Assembly: GCA_012295275.1 (NCBI GenBank)
Contig: CM022672.1
Location: 6,696,001-6,760,000, forward strand
Source: Chrysomallon squamiferum
Taxonomy: Eukaryota > Animalia > Mollusca
DNA length: 64,000 bases
Direction of reading: 5' to 3'
Position 1 is the first letter of the stretch; every line of letters begins with the position of its first letter. This document shows, one piece after another, positions 1 through 12,666 of this stretch. The position numbers and the translations under genes were made by a program. A model generated the notes under the pieces. It saw only the letters and a list, made by a program, of their open reading frames with translations, did not search any database and was not told the DNA's origin.

Positions 1-1054
1 CAGGGTGAATACCTGATCAATATGTATAGCAGTATCATTTTATTTCTCAACAGAAAGCAGTGAAAATATTTAAGGTGCACTATCTTCTTGTTTTGTTGTT
101 AGTAAGATTTATGAAACTGGTGTTTCTTCTAATAATCTTACACTTAACTGAGATTAAACAGTCAAGCTTGAAAAAGTTATTTTACTTTTTTAATTAGCTA
201 TTGATAGTTAAATGCAGTCTACAGATGATGATTAGAAATTTGTGTGTGTCAATGTGTGTGTGCTCATTAGAGATTGAAACATGGTAAATAATTGTAAAAA
301 AAAGAAAGAAAAAAAAGATTTGTTCTAAAGTGCAAGCATTAAATACTGCTAAATGTACAAACTCATGTATACATGTACATGCATGAGCATTATAAGATAT
401 GCTACCCTCTGAAACACTGCTCACTTTGCAGAGTAGACTTAGTGCATATACATAACTGTGATACTGCAGACATTTCTGAATGACAGTGTGTGTACTGAGT
501 AGTTATTTAAAACCAACAAATCCTGGTTTGTTAGTTTAGATTTATCGTTGAAAACCTGACAAGTGTTGTAATCAGATTTTCATTTTCCACAGAACAATGA
601 ATGTTTTTTTTTAGATTTCATGAATAAAATAACATAAAAAAAAAATATTTGCATCACTAGGACAGATAAATAATTTCTTCACAAGTTAAGGAAAGACTAG
701 ACTTCTGCTGTTATTAACTGCATTTTTAAATTGTATATTTTATTACTGTTGTACAAGATCAAGATGTCTAATTCTTGATCTTATTTATTTATTGTTGACA
801 GTATATCTGCAGGAACAGATATCTCATAGTGATGTGTTTTTGGGCAGAACTGTAACTGCCAGCTTTTAAATGCATTAAAAAATAGACAGTGTAGATTATA
901 AATCATATTTATTATAAATTGTTATAAATTATATGTATAATTTCAATTATAAAAGGAATTATATGTACTACTATATGGTAATAGTTTTAGGTTGAAAAAG
1001 AAAAATTATTTTTTAAATTTATTCAGAATATATTACTTTTTAAAAATAAATCCC

Positions 1055-1105
<51 letters not shown>

Positions 1106-1626
1106 ACAAACACACAGTGTTATATCATATCTATATGAAAATAATGAGATAATAAAATTCCATCAGATATACTTTTACAAATACGTTGTCTTCCTAAACC
1201 ACTTACATTGTTCTGTTGAAACAATATGTTATGTAAAACACAGGTAACAATATCTGTTTTAAAAGTAACTGATGTTATTACTTGGAGGTGTTTATCACTT
1301 GTTTGTTGAGGATTTACTGTTGATAATCTAGATTTTCTTTCCTTCAGTTTTAAAATAATAACAGAAAATGTACAAATAACCAGTGTTGTATAGCATTTTG
1401 ATGTGCATTAGATATATAACTTTATAATTATAGTATTACTGTTTATTTTTCATTTCTTTTCTTCCTAGTCTTATACTAACAGGCTTTTTTGTGCAAAATC
1501 TTTGTTGTATTTGATTTTGTTTCCTATTTATTTTGTGCCAATATTTATGTGATCCGTCCATTTTTACATCGTTTTATGCTTTTATTTGTGAATTGCTAAA
1601 TACAAAATTTTATAAATTATTAATAT

Positions 1627-1663
<37 letters not shown>

Positions 1664-4091
1664 CATATTTAGTATTGCAGTTTAAACTTTGGATATGTTT
1701 TGTAATTTTCTGACAGGAAAATCATGTGATATTTAAGATTTTTTAATTTAAGTAATCATCATGTTAATTTTCTATGGTAGGAAGTTAAAACCAGTCACAG
1801 GAAAGTACCTGAATTAACTGAATGTTTGCATTTAAAGACAAATGATTAAACAGTAACTCCTGCCTTTTGTTGCTAACATGTATAATTATATGACTGTTGT
1901 TTCTGTTTGTTCCTCCTAGTTAATATATAATTTCATATTAGTGACTTCCAGTTGCTCTTAGGTATTTTTTTTTTTTTTTCATTTTCAGTATTACATTGTT
2001 TAATGTCTTGTTCACTGCAAACTATAAACAGCTGGGTTTTTTTTTGTTTTTTTGGTATGTAATTTTAAATTTTTATTTTTCTCTCATGATTAATATTTTA
2101 TTTTTTCAATTTTTACTTTAAACAAATCTGCATATGGTACACAAAATACATTATTTTTTCATGTTTTAATGACAACTTATTTTTACACTGTAATCATGAA
2201 ATAAAAACAGATTATAAAATGCAAATTCATATTTTCAGACGGTTGTTTATTTCACAATTTTCAGTAATGATAAAGTATAAAAATTAAAATAAATTATAAA
2301 GGATGCCATTTTATTTTTATCATATAAATTTATTTTTGAAAACAAATTGTTTCTTTGTGAAGTTTTTATTTTATTATCCTTTATAAGTTTATTGTTATCA
2401 CCTGTAATATTTAAATATTTGGTATTAATTTAAATACATGTACATTATATTTGAGGTTACAGAATGCAATTAAAATGCATTTATGTTTATAATTCAGGAA
2501 TTTATTTAAAATACTATATATTTTGGTGTAAGGAATATATTTTCAAATACTTTACATTAGGATTAAGGAACATATTTTAAAAACTTCTTCATAGTTGATT
2601 TATTGTTTAACAGTGCCCTAGCACAAGTATTAATAACTTGTTGAGTACAAGTCTACAGGCATAATAATTTTGTATTAAAGAATCCATTTAAAATATTTTA
2701 CTTCCAGAATTTATTTGATTCAGCAGGTACTGACTATTTTTTAAGAAACTAAAATTTCCCACAAATGTTAATATCCTCTCTTTTTAATTTTTGTTTTTAT
2801 TTTATTTTATAACCTTTTAACTGTTAATTGTTGGATATGGAAATTTACACCAGTAGGAATACTGTTAGTAATTTACAATACATTGTTAGATAAACTGGCT
2901 GAACTTGAGTACCAATTGGCTGAAGATGTTATTTTCATGAACAAAAAATGTTGTTAATTAGCCATGTACTTAATATTAAATGGTTTCACTTTTTCATGTA
3001 CATACCGATATAGATTTTTATATGTAGTCCATATAAATTGCATTGAATACATAATGTACTCTGTGAATGAAATCTGATTGTTAGTGTGGAATTTTAATGC
3101 TGTTACAGAGTTGGTATCCCATAGGATATAATGGATCTTTCAGATTCAACAATAATTGTTAATGTTTTTGTTACAGGCCGATAAAATTGCATGTTATTCT
3201 TTGTTGTTTGTGATAAATATTGTAGAAGGAGATTAATTTAAAAAATATCTTAAATTAATAATAAGAAAAAAGATCCTATCTGTAAGTTGTCATTTAAATA
3301 CTATACAAAAAAGAACAGTTTGAAATGTTTTACAAGATATATATTTCAAAAATAAAATCTTTTGTTAAAGTTAAAAAAATCTTCATGACATTTGGATCTA
3401 TGTAGTTTTTATTTATTTATTTGTTTTATTGTTCTTTTTTAACATGTCTGCCCAAAATACTATTTAATGGCCTTTCAATTCACATATCCATTGTAATTCA
3501 TATTTTACTTGCACAGTTTCAGTATAAAATTAGATGGCCCCCAAAAGAAAAAAATATTTTTAAATAAAGAAAAATCTGTTCAAACTTGTTTCTTTTTCAG
3601 AGATGTATTAAAATGACAACACTCAAATATCAAAGAAATATATGTGTGTGTTTTGGGCTTTTTTTTAAATAACATTAGTTGTTGTTGTTTTTTGTTGTTG
3701 TTGTTGTTATTATTTAAAATTAATTTATAAAATGTAAGTAGTTGATTTTGAAGCAAAAAGTGAAAAAAAATATTGCATAAAGAAGTACTTTTGAAAAGCA
3801 GACAAGGATTTCATAAATACCAGAATATTTACTCATAACGAAGAACACTAGTCATGTATTTTAAAATAATGAATGAATGATAAATGAAATTTTAAAAATA
3901 ATAAAACAAAAAATGTCTTAGTCATTAATATGAAAATCCGTCCTATAAATATAAATTCATGTTCTACACAAAACATTATTTATTGTTGCCTGCCTGTGAT
4001 GTTTGATTTCTGTGATATGAAGTACCATTTGAGAAGAAAGAAAAACAAAGGTAGTAGATAATGTTGATTTGTTTTCAGATTATCATCATCA

Positions 4092-4122
<31 letters not shown>

Positions 4123-5340
4123 TTTATATATTTTTATTAATTTTTATTTTTATTTTTTTCTGTATCTTAAACATATATATATTTATAAAATTTAAAAATA
4201 TATATATATATATATGTTTCATACAGAACAAACAAGTTAATCCGTAAAATATGAAAAATTACAATGAATGCTTACTCAGTTACTGTTTTTTGTTTACATT
4301 TTGACACTTCGTAGTTAATTTCATTATTTATTTTTTATTTATTTATTTATTATTTTTTATCTACTGATCAAAAATTATTTGGTATCTTTAATGTTTTAAT
4401 CTTTAAAACAAAATATGTATTAATTAGTATTTGAAATATGAAAATTGTTTTTAAATAATAATAATAATTTTGGATAAGAATGTTGGATAAGAATCCACAA
4501 GGCTTTAGGAAGTGTAGATTTGTAAATCTTGTTGTGGATTTTTTTTACTTATTATTATTTTTTTATTATGTTACAGTGTTGTCAGAAAAAGCATGATGCT
4601 AATGTGTTCATATTTTAGGCTGAAAAACTATGTTGTACAGCGTTTGTCCGTCCATCCTTGTGTTAGTTAAACCAAGCAATCTTGCCTTTTTTGCAGGTTT
4701 GTGAAATTTGCTCAATGCTGTCATCTGTTAACATTCCAGAAATGGAAATCTGCTTTTATACTTTCCTTTCCTTGTGGTTCCATAATTACATTTCACAACA
4801 AGAATAATTTATTTTTCACTTGACCTGTTTGGCTGGAGTCAAATTAGTTTTATCCCATCCTTTCTGATAGCTATTTTTATGTTGGCTTATTTAGTATTTG
4901 ATTTTATACAGTTACAAATATTATTTTATTTTTATTTTTATTTTTTTTTAAATGGAAAAATAACAATAAAATTAATTTTTAAAATCTCTGGGTAATTGAC
5001 TTTTTATACTTTCTAAATTGTTTTTATTTATTTTATTATTATTATTTTTTTTTTTATATTTTTTTTTAAGCATAAATGTGACATTGACTACAAATTGCAG
5101 TTATACCATAATATCAGTTATAAAAACAAAACTTGGTTACAGAATTGGCTTGCGTTCATATATCTGCATTGACATTTACATTTCCCCATTAACCTTCTGA
5201 CTGGATGGAATAGTTATAATTTGTTATAATCTTCGTTCTAAAGACAATTTATTGTTTTGTCTGCTGTACATACTGGTACCAGCAGTTATTTAAAATAATA
5301 ACTTCTGTATTGTAAATAAAGTGTGAGTGAATACAGCTGA
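1..5340 (+). other. Probable long 3' UTR / 3' end of an upstream + strand gene whose coding exons lie outside the window
   Basis: No coding signal. T-rich + strand, CpG-poor, ending in TGTAAATAAAG (~5312-5322) followed by a T-rich downstream tract. Inference only. Confidence 0.3.
1057..1115. repeat. (CA)n microsatellite
   Basis: Directly visible. Confidence 0.95.
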
Positions 5341-5762
5341 GTTTTATTTTATTTTAGTTATTTGTTTAATGTAAGTTTTAATTAACTTAGATTTTAATTT
5401 ACATTTTCAGAATATGCATACAGACGCTCGATCTGGAATATTTTCATTGTGGCAAATCTAGCATAATAGACTCATAGCCTTTGTGGTGTCTCAAATATTT
5501 TTATTTTTTATTTTTTTTATTTATTTATATTTGTGCTATATTTAACACCCTTCGGTTTTTTGATTTACCAGACAACTTTTCAATTTGTTACATCCAGGGT
5601 TGATTGTGGGTGTGGGTGTGGGTGTCTGTGTGTGTCTGATAAATTTCAGAAGTAATTGTAGCTTCTGTCTGCTTTATTGATAGATTAAACTATAATTTGA
5701 GGGGGTTTGGGCTTTGTTTAATTAAATATTTTATTATTATTATTATTATTATTATTTTAATT

Positions 5763-6818
5763 TATACTAAAAGGAAAAAAACTATTATGACACTAAAGAT
5801 ATGGAAAGAGAAATGTCCGAAGGTATGGAAACGAGCAACAGTCCATGAAAATGGCGCACCTGCTATGTGCAAATGTACAGAGAATCCAGAGCGATGTTCG
5901 CACAGTCACTTGTCAGTTTGTCCATTGATACAGGCTGGCACCATCGTCTCATTGAGGTTACAACGCATTAGAGAAAATTTCTGGAAATGCCATTGCAGAT
6001 CGGAGGAAGGATATTAGCCAGTGTTCCAGCAGTGTTGATGGAGGATTTGGAATACATCGCTCGATTTCATCCCACGACCTCCAAAATGACCTTGACGTCT
6101 GTAGTCACGTATACTGCCGTGAAATGTTCGGAGATGGAAACGATATTCATCACCATTCAGGTGTTGCCTATATCACTGGAACGATGTGGATGTCGATATT
6201 GTGGCTGCAGGACTGGCCTTCTGGCTGATTGTCTTGCGTGTATGCAGCAGATGCGTTGTCGGACTGCAACTGCTGGTGGTACGGGTGGAAGTATTGCTGG
6301 CTGGAACCTATTTCGTTTATGTGTGTTTTGGGTCCATGTGTGCTTTTTAAAGGATTGTCGCGGGTGGTCGGCCGCTACGGTGACTGTCCCTGACCTAGTC
6401 GTTCTGTTGATATCATTGCCATAAGTGACATACGATGTTTCCGTTGACGTTGAATTGATGTGCGACGTCACGCTGCGAGATCCCAGATTCACGCATCCTT
6501 ATCACCATCTACAGTTTTCACTCAGAAGTGGCTTGACAAAATTGCATCAAACAGCTCACTAATGGTGCTTTTTTTTTGACGTCTGGACTTCATAAGGGTG
6601 CTCAGAGTGGCCACGATTTACTGCTGAAAGTCTGGCCTTTTAATGGTGGACAGGATTTCTCCGGAATATTTTATGTTTCTTGTAATCCCTGCAACAACTG
6701 CTTGGTTGCATGTCATCGAGCTGTCTCGTGTTCATTTTCTCTGGATTACATCAGTAAATCCATTCACAAATTTATTACTCCAAATATCTATGATCATTAA
6801 CTTTTGTCTTTTAGTATA
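5763..6818 (-). mobile_element. Decayed, internally deleted Tc1/mariner DNA transposon
   Basis: Perfect 11-bp terminal inverted repeat including TA: TATACTAAAAG (5763-5773) / CTTTTAGTATA (6808-6818), extending degenerately ~40 bp. Minus-strand frames give Tc1-like fragments: THKRNRFQPA and VRQR...ARRPVLQP (DNA-binding region), WDEIERCIPNPPSTL and VTSMRRWCQ/ACING (C-terminus of Tc1 DDE transposases). Multiple stops and frameshifts. Confidence 0.7.
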
Positions 6819-7403
6819 TCTATTTTATTTTATTTTATTGGTATTTTTTTTTTTTTTTAAATTTATTTATTTATTTATTTATTTTTAATATTATTATTTT
6901 AAATTCTTTAAAACATTAATTATACCAAGCAAACAGAATTTTAATTAAATTTCTCAAGTCGAATAATAGTTTTACCAATGTGTAATTCAATATGCACAGT
7001 GAATGAAGTACACCAAAAAAAAAAAAAAAAAAAAAAGAAAGAAAAAAAAAAAGTCACCAACATTAATTTGAACCATTTAGATATCGTATCATGTATCCGG
7101 GCAAACATGATTATCATAAATGGCGTACATGACATATCCGCGCCGTGTCAAGTCTTATGAATACAGTATTCTTATCCTGTCGACTTTTTCAATCAGTAAT
7201 ATTTACCAGGAGTTTCGTTTCAATAGCCGATAACATAAAATACACATTTCATGAATAATTTATGCATTTACAATTACAAGCTTAAACTACGGACTCTAAT
7301 GTTACATTCTACCAAACCGGTAGCTGTGAAACCGTTGGGATATTGCTGTAATTCTTCTCTTTTTTTTCTTTTTTTTTCTGTTTTAACTTTTCTTGTCCTT
7401 GAT

Positions 7404-7871
7404 ATGGCATTTAATGTTTCTTACAGAAAGCTGTTGGATGAAAATATTAAAAATATCTTCTCGTTACCCCAAGCTGGAATACGTTTTAGAAGGCCTCGGC
7501 CATATCGTTCCATGAAAGACTATCGTTTTCAGTCCATCGAACGGAAATTCCCGAAGCGGTTTTACGATTATTATCCTGAAAAAGACATAGGTCTTCCACG
7601 AGCGCCGGCATTTCGCGCTGTTAATAAGGACTACGTTGACCGAATGGTTGCAAGAATATGTCGTCCAGCTGGTTGCAGATCTAGCAGAGCAATACAGAAG
7701 CACAGTATTACCATCGATAACAATTTCTCCAAATTTTATGGCGACCAGAAGATGTCGGCGGAGGAAATTGGCGCCATTACATGTCGTCTGTGCAGAGAAT
7801 CAAAATGTGAAAAGAAATGTCATAAGTGCTATGACGACAAAAACCTTGTTTTACCACCTTTAAAGTTTTAG
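7404..7871 (+). CDS. Uncharacterised basic protein, 155 aa, PRAPAFR family paralog A (intronless CDS)
   Basis: MAFNVSYRKLLDENIKNIFS...LPRAPAFRAVNKDYVDRMVARICRP...KFYGDQKMSAEEIGAITCRL...LPPLKF*. GC-richer than flanks and aligns by eye with paralogs B and C. Start chosen at ATG 7404 by N-terminal homology. Confidence 0.8.
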   Translation: MAFNVSYRKLLDENIKNIFSLPQAGIRFRRPRPYRSMKDYRFQSIERKFPKRFYDYYPEKDIGLPRAPAFRAVNKDYVDRMVARICRPAGCRSSRAIQKHSITIDNNFSKFYGDQKMSAEEIGAITCRLCRESKCEKKCHKCYDDKNLVLPPLKF

Positions 7872-8354
7872 AACTGTAAGAGCCGTGGGCATACAAGCAG
7901 TGCCGGATTTAGGTACAAGCTAAACAAGCAACAGCTTAGAGCTTCGAGGAAATTCAAGATTGGGTTTTATACTCATTTTTTAATATTAATATGTAATCAG
8001 TAAGTGCATTCATATTAAAATAATTTGTATTTGTTCATTTTTTTAAGGTATGTTTATCTGCAAGTTTTCTGAGATCAGCTGGTGTAAATAAATAAAAAAT
8101 AATAATTAAAAAAACAACAAGAGAGCTTTTTATAGCTTAAAGTCTCACCAAGTCTAAATCCGGCACTGTATACAAGGACGGTTTAAGTTGAAGGTTTTGA
8201 TGATTTGTAGAGAGCTTAATAATAATAATGAAGGTACAGTGTAAAAGAATATTTTGAATACTTTTGTTGAAGTATTTTGATTTCTTATTAATGAATGTAT
8301 GTAATACTGTGTAAAAGAAATAAGATAAAATGATTCCGAACAAATTTCAATTAT

Positions 8355-8652
8355 TGCCCAAGATCAAAAGTTAAAAGTAATATGCTGAACAGTATCAATG
8401 ATTAAGGACATGTTACTGCTCAATGTCAGTGGTCAGTAACAAATTACAGCTTATTTTCAACAGTCAAGAACAAATCGGTGCACAAAATTCAAAGGTCAAG
8501 CACAAATATCTGCTTGATATCAAAGGTCAAGGACAAACAACTGCCCGATGTCAGTGATCAAGAACATATAACTAAAAAATGTCAAAGTCAAGGACATATA
8601 ACTGAAAATGTTAATAATCAAGATCATATAATCGAATAGATATAAGGACATA
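8355..8652. repeat. Degenerate ~30-bp tandem repeat (~10 units; core TCAAGGACAwATAACTG..TGTCA)
   Basis: Recurring tcaagaaca/tcaagcaca/tcaaggaca at roughly 30-bp spacing. Confidence 0.65.
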
Positions 8653-9618
8653 TTCGGTGTGCTGCTTCAGGTGCTTATAGTTTGGTAGAAACCTTGTTTA
8701 GTTGACTTGTAATAAATTATCTTAAATATATCCGTGAGCATATTTCTCTGTATCAGTGTGTACAAGACTGTTTTCATTTAATAAATTGCTTGCTATCAGT
8801 CAGTAGTCTTTCCTGGTTTGCTTTCTTTATTTTCCAAGTTGATTAACGATTTAACTGCTTGTAATAATAAATTGACGAAATCTTAGCTGGGGTCCCTACC
8901 ATATGTCTTGTATCTGCACGATACCAACATTAAAAGTAATTTATTTAACGAAGTGATATAGCTTAACAGCTACAGACAATTCGTTTTGAACGTGTAAAGA
9001 ATACGTACGATATACATGGGTATTTAATACAGGCTCGCGGTTCTGATCAATAGCAAACTCTGTGACTTTCTAATCAACCATGCTGAGGTAGATTAGTGTT
9101 TTAGTGCAATCGAAGAGAAGCCCAGTCTATAACTATTCATGTCTGTTGTTTCCATCCAATAGAAACATGTGTTATCCAAGACAGCAACCAGTATGTTTTT
9201 GCATGGAGACCGCGTTTAATAGTTAATGAAATTTAGTCAAGAAACATTTGATATTATGTTAGTTTCTAACATGAAAACACCGAAGACAGAGACAATATAG
9301 AGATCACTGAATTGATGAAATTTGTTGGGTTATCTACCTACCAACTATTTTTGAGGGTACTTATGTGATTTTGTTTTATAATTAGAAAACTATATTACGT
9401 TATGAAGTCTGTGCTAGGACTCTGAATAATTATACTGATGGGTTCGTTTTCTTTACATTCGAATAAATACTGGATATCAGGATACATAATGAAACTATTA
9501 GAATACAAAGCTGGAAAAGGTGTCTAAAATAATTACGATACAATTTCTTAGTGATTTCAACCAAAACGTCATTGATAAACTGACTTTAAAAAGAAACAAA
9601 GAAGACGATATCGTTACT

Positions 9619-10236
9619 ATGGCTCAGCACAGTTTAACTTTCAACGACATACTGAGCAAAAATATTCGCTATATTTATGGCGGCCGGCCCAATGAAATCA
9701 AACACCGTCGACCAGTAAATCAACACGTGATGGAGCTACGTCAAAAAGAATACGAAAAACAAGTCCGTCCGCCTGATCGTTTTCAGCTGAGATTTCAGGA
9801 ATACCTTCCCAAATTTAACATCACGCTGCCCAGAGCTCCGGCGTTTCGCCAGGTCAGCAGATCGGAAATGAACAGCATCGTGTGTCGCGTGAGCAAACCG
9901 ACCAATTTCTCCAAAAAACCGTGCGAGATTTGTCATCGCGAGATCGCTAGACAGTACCAGGACATGTGTCTCTTGTGTGAAATGAGCAGGTTCAAGCACA
10001 CGGTAAGTCGCGCTGAAATGAGAGCGATAGTCTCGAGACTTTCACGCCAAACTGAGAGCAGTAAGAGAAGAAACCTTCTCCGTACGGTGAGTCCACCAGA
10101 TCCGAAGTCGAGAGTGAGACCGTGTACCGCGGAAGAACGTCTGAGGAGGCCGTCTGGAAGAATTGACTGCTACGCTCCTTGTCGAATTATTCATGATACA
10201 CGTTGGCGAAAACGACCACGTTCAACGATGTATTAA
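9619..10236 (+). CDS. Uncharacterised basic protein, 205 aa, PRAPAFR family paralog B (intronless CDS)
   Basis: MAQHSLTFNDILSKNIRYIYGG...LPRAPAFRQVSRSEMNSIVCRVSKPT...VSRAEMRAIVSRLSRQT...RSTMY*. Long GC-rich ORF, homologous to A and C. Confidence 0.85.
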   Translation: MAQHSLTFNDILSKNIRYIYGGRPNEIKHRRPVNQHVMELRQKEYEKQVRPPDRFQLRFQEYLPKFNITLPRAPAFRQVSRSEMNSIVCRVSKPTNFSKKPCEICHREIARQYQDMCLLCEMSRFKHTVSRAEMRAIVSRLSRQTESSKRRNLLRTVSPPDPKSRVRPCTAEERLRRPSGRIDCYAPCRIIHDTRWRKRPRSTMY

Positions 10237-11905
10237 CGTACGTTTTCAACATGCTTGACATGTAATTCTGACGTGTGAAAAAACAACAAAAAACAACAAC
10301 AAAACAACAACAAACAGATTTTTTCTAAACGTTGTGCAAATATATTTCTGTGGGAATTACGAGGATGACGGTCATTTCTGTTTCACCATAGGTAAATGTG
10401 AATTTTCGATTAAATGGTATAGGTAAACAGGCCCAATAGTTGTTAAAGTTTTCATGCAAAGTTACTTATTTAGGGATTGTTTTTTCTGATTTTCAGAACT
10501 TTAGTTCAAATTTTATTTTTATTTTTCTTATTTCCTTTCTATTACCAATGATTTACCTTTCATTTTCAATTATTTTTTTATTAACCGCCCCTCTCGAATT
10601 TAATAATTAATTCTATTAATTTAGTTTAAAGACATTTAATGTCGTGATTTGTATATACTATATGTCAGTGCAACAACGCGTTTCAATAAGATAAAATCCA
10701 TACATAATGTAACAGTATTTTGTGTTGTAAAAAGAACATTTGTTCAAGATATAAAGGTATTGTTCATACTCTTGACGCTTCGCTTAGAACTTTATAAAAT
10801 TAATCTTTAATTTAAAACAGTAAATAAGAACACCATTTGGAAACTATCGAAAATGTATTTCTACTTGAACACCAAAGCAGTCAAATACAAAAAGAGAATG
10901 TCGTAATATATTTTATAATTTAAAACTGATATATTTAATATTATTAAATTGCAGATAACTCTTGCACACTCGAAGTGATATATATGTACATTCTCCAGTC
11001 AGTGATGGAAATCTGTTTAGGAACTTGAGATTCGCTAAATTCAGGGAGGGTGAGGCTGGGAAGAATGGGTTGAGAGTAGACTTTACAACCTTTAAAGGGG
11101 TATCTTCTGAAGGTTACAGATATCTGATGGTGATATATGATAAAAATATATATGTCTCTCCATTTACACTTTAACTCTGCCAAATAAACGCCTGTAACTC
11201 CATATTAGTTGGACATGAACTGAAAACAAAAACGTAAGAGAATTTCGTCCCCTGGCGTAACCCACCTTATTTCCATCACTGTTTTTACATCTGTTAATCT
11301 AATAGCAAACAGAAGCAATGACAATGACATTCTTTCAGCACTTTTGATTAAAAGCTGGGTTCAAGCACACGGTGCCCGAATTTTTTATAATCATACACTT
11401 ATACTTTTTTTTTTTTACAGAATTAATTGAAAATCCGAAAATAAAGCGAAACGGGAAAATATATAAAAATGATAATGGAATATTAGAAAAAAAATCGTAA
11501 AAAACAAAAATGGTCTATAACGCTGAATAGATTATATAAATGGAACATTTAGACCTGTCTTTTTTCACATTCTGGTCTGTATTTTACAAATTGCCATTTA
11601 AAGTGAAGCAATAGTGGCGATTCGAGAAAAAATAACTCCTCAGGAACGACGACTCTATATAGTCGTCTGCAGTTCAAAAGGCAGCTTTTATGTTCTTTTT
11701 TGAACCGTTCGAATTCTTTAGCAAATTTTGGTAGGCTTATTTATTAAATTATGCTGACGAGATTTTCTTTTATTTATTTATTTACACATTTAAATAAAGA
11801 ATCACAGAGAACTAGACAAAATTCTGGCGTTATTAGTTCAAGTCCTTAAAGGTTCCTTTTAAAACTACACACAACATATCATCTATCATATGTTAGATAG
11901 TCCAT

Positions 11906-11961
<56 letters not shown>

Positions 11962-12006
11962 CTCTCTCTTTAAAAAAAAAAAAAAAAAGTACGAAAGAGA
12001 ATTGAT

Positions 12007-12337
12007 TTATGCTTGCACCTCGGGTAATCCTTTGGTTTTAACATCTCTTATTTGGCTCATTGTCGTTGGTTTATTTAATCTTTCTATAATTTTCTCCATT
12101 TCAGCTCGCGTCACCTTTTTTAGACCTTGATATTTCGGGTATTTTTTTCTTACTTCAGAAAGAGTTGTATTCTCACTGGTACCACTGATACCCTTACTTG
12201 CCACAGTGGGATTGCCGAGTCTGGTAACTACATCATCAACCTGTAACGTCAGTAATAATAATAATAATAATTTTGATGATAACGATAAATAATAATAATG
12301 ATAACAACAACAATACTACTACTACTACTACTACTAC

Positions 12338-12392
<55 letters not shown>

Positions 12393-12579
12393 AATTAATA
12401 ATTAATTTTTAAGAATTTAAAAAATAAAATAATTGACATAAAAAAAATTGATTGCTTGGTTATTATTATTATTATTATTATTTATTTATTTAGTTTAGTT
12501 TTGTTTCTTCTTATCGCAGATATAGATTCAAAACAACACATTGATATTCTTGAAATGTGATCGTAATTTCTTACATTGG

Positions 12580-12666
<87 letters not shown>

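Noticed and set aside
5697-6492. Overlapping ORFs of 106, 145 and 111 aa as host genes
   Set aside because: They lie inside the TIR-bounded Tc1 remnant. The + strand ORFs are antisense to decayed transposase, and the - strand ORF is a transposase fragment.
7251-7403. N-terminal extensions of ORFs 7251..7871 and 9520..10236
   Set aside because: Homology among paralogs starts at ATG 7404 and 9619. The upstream parts are T-run or AT-rich UTR-like sequence.
10944-11183. Short ORFs between paralogs B and C as a fourth family member
   Set aside because: No PRAPAFR or repeat motif in the reported frames and no recognisable homology.
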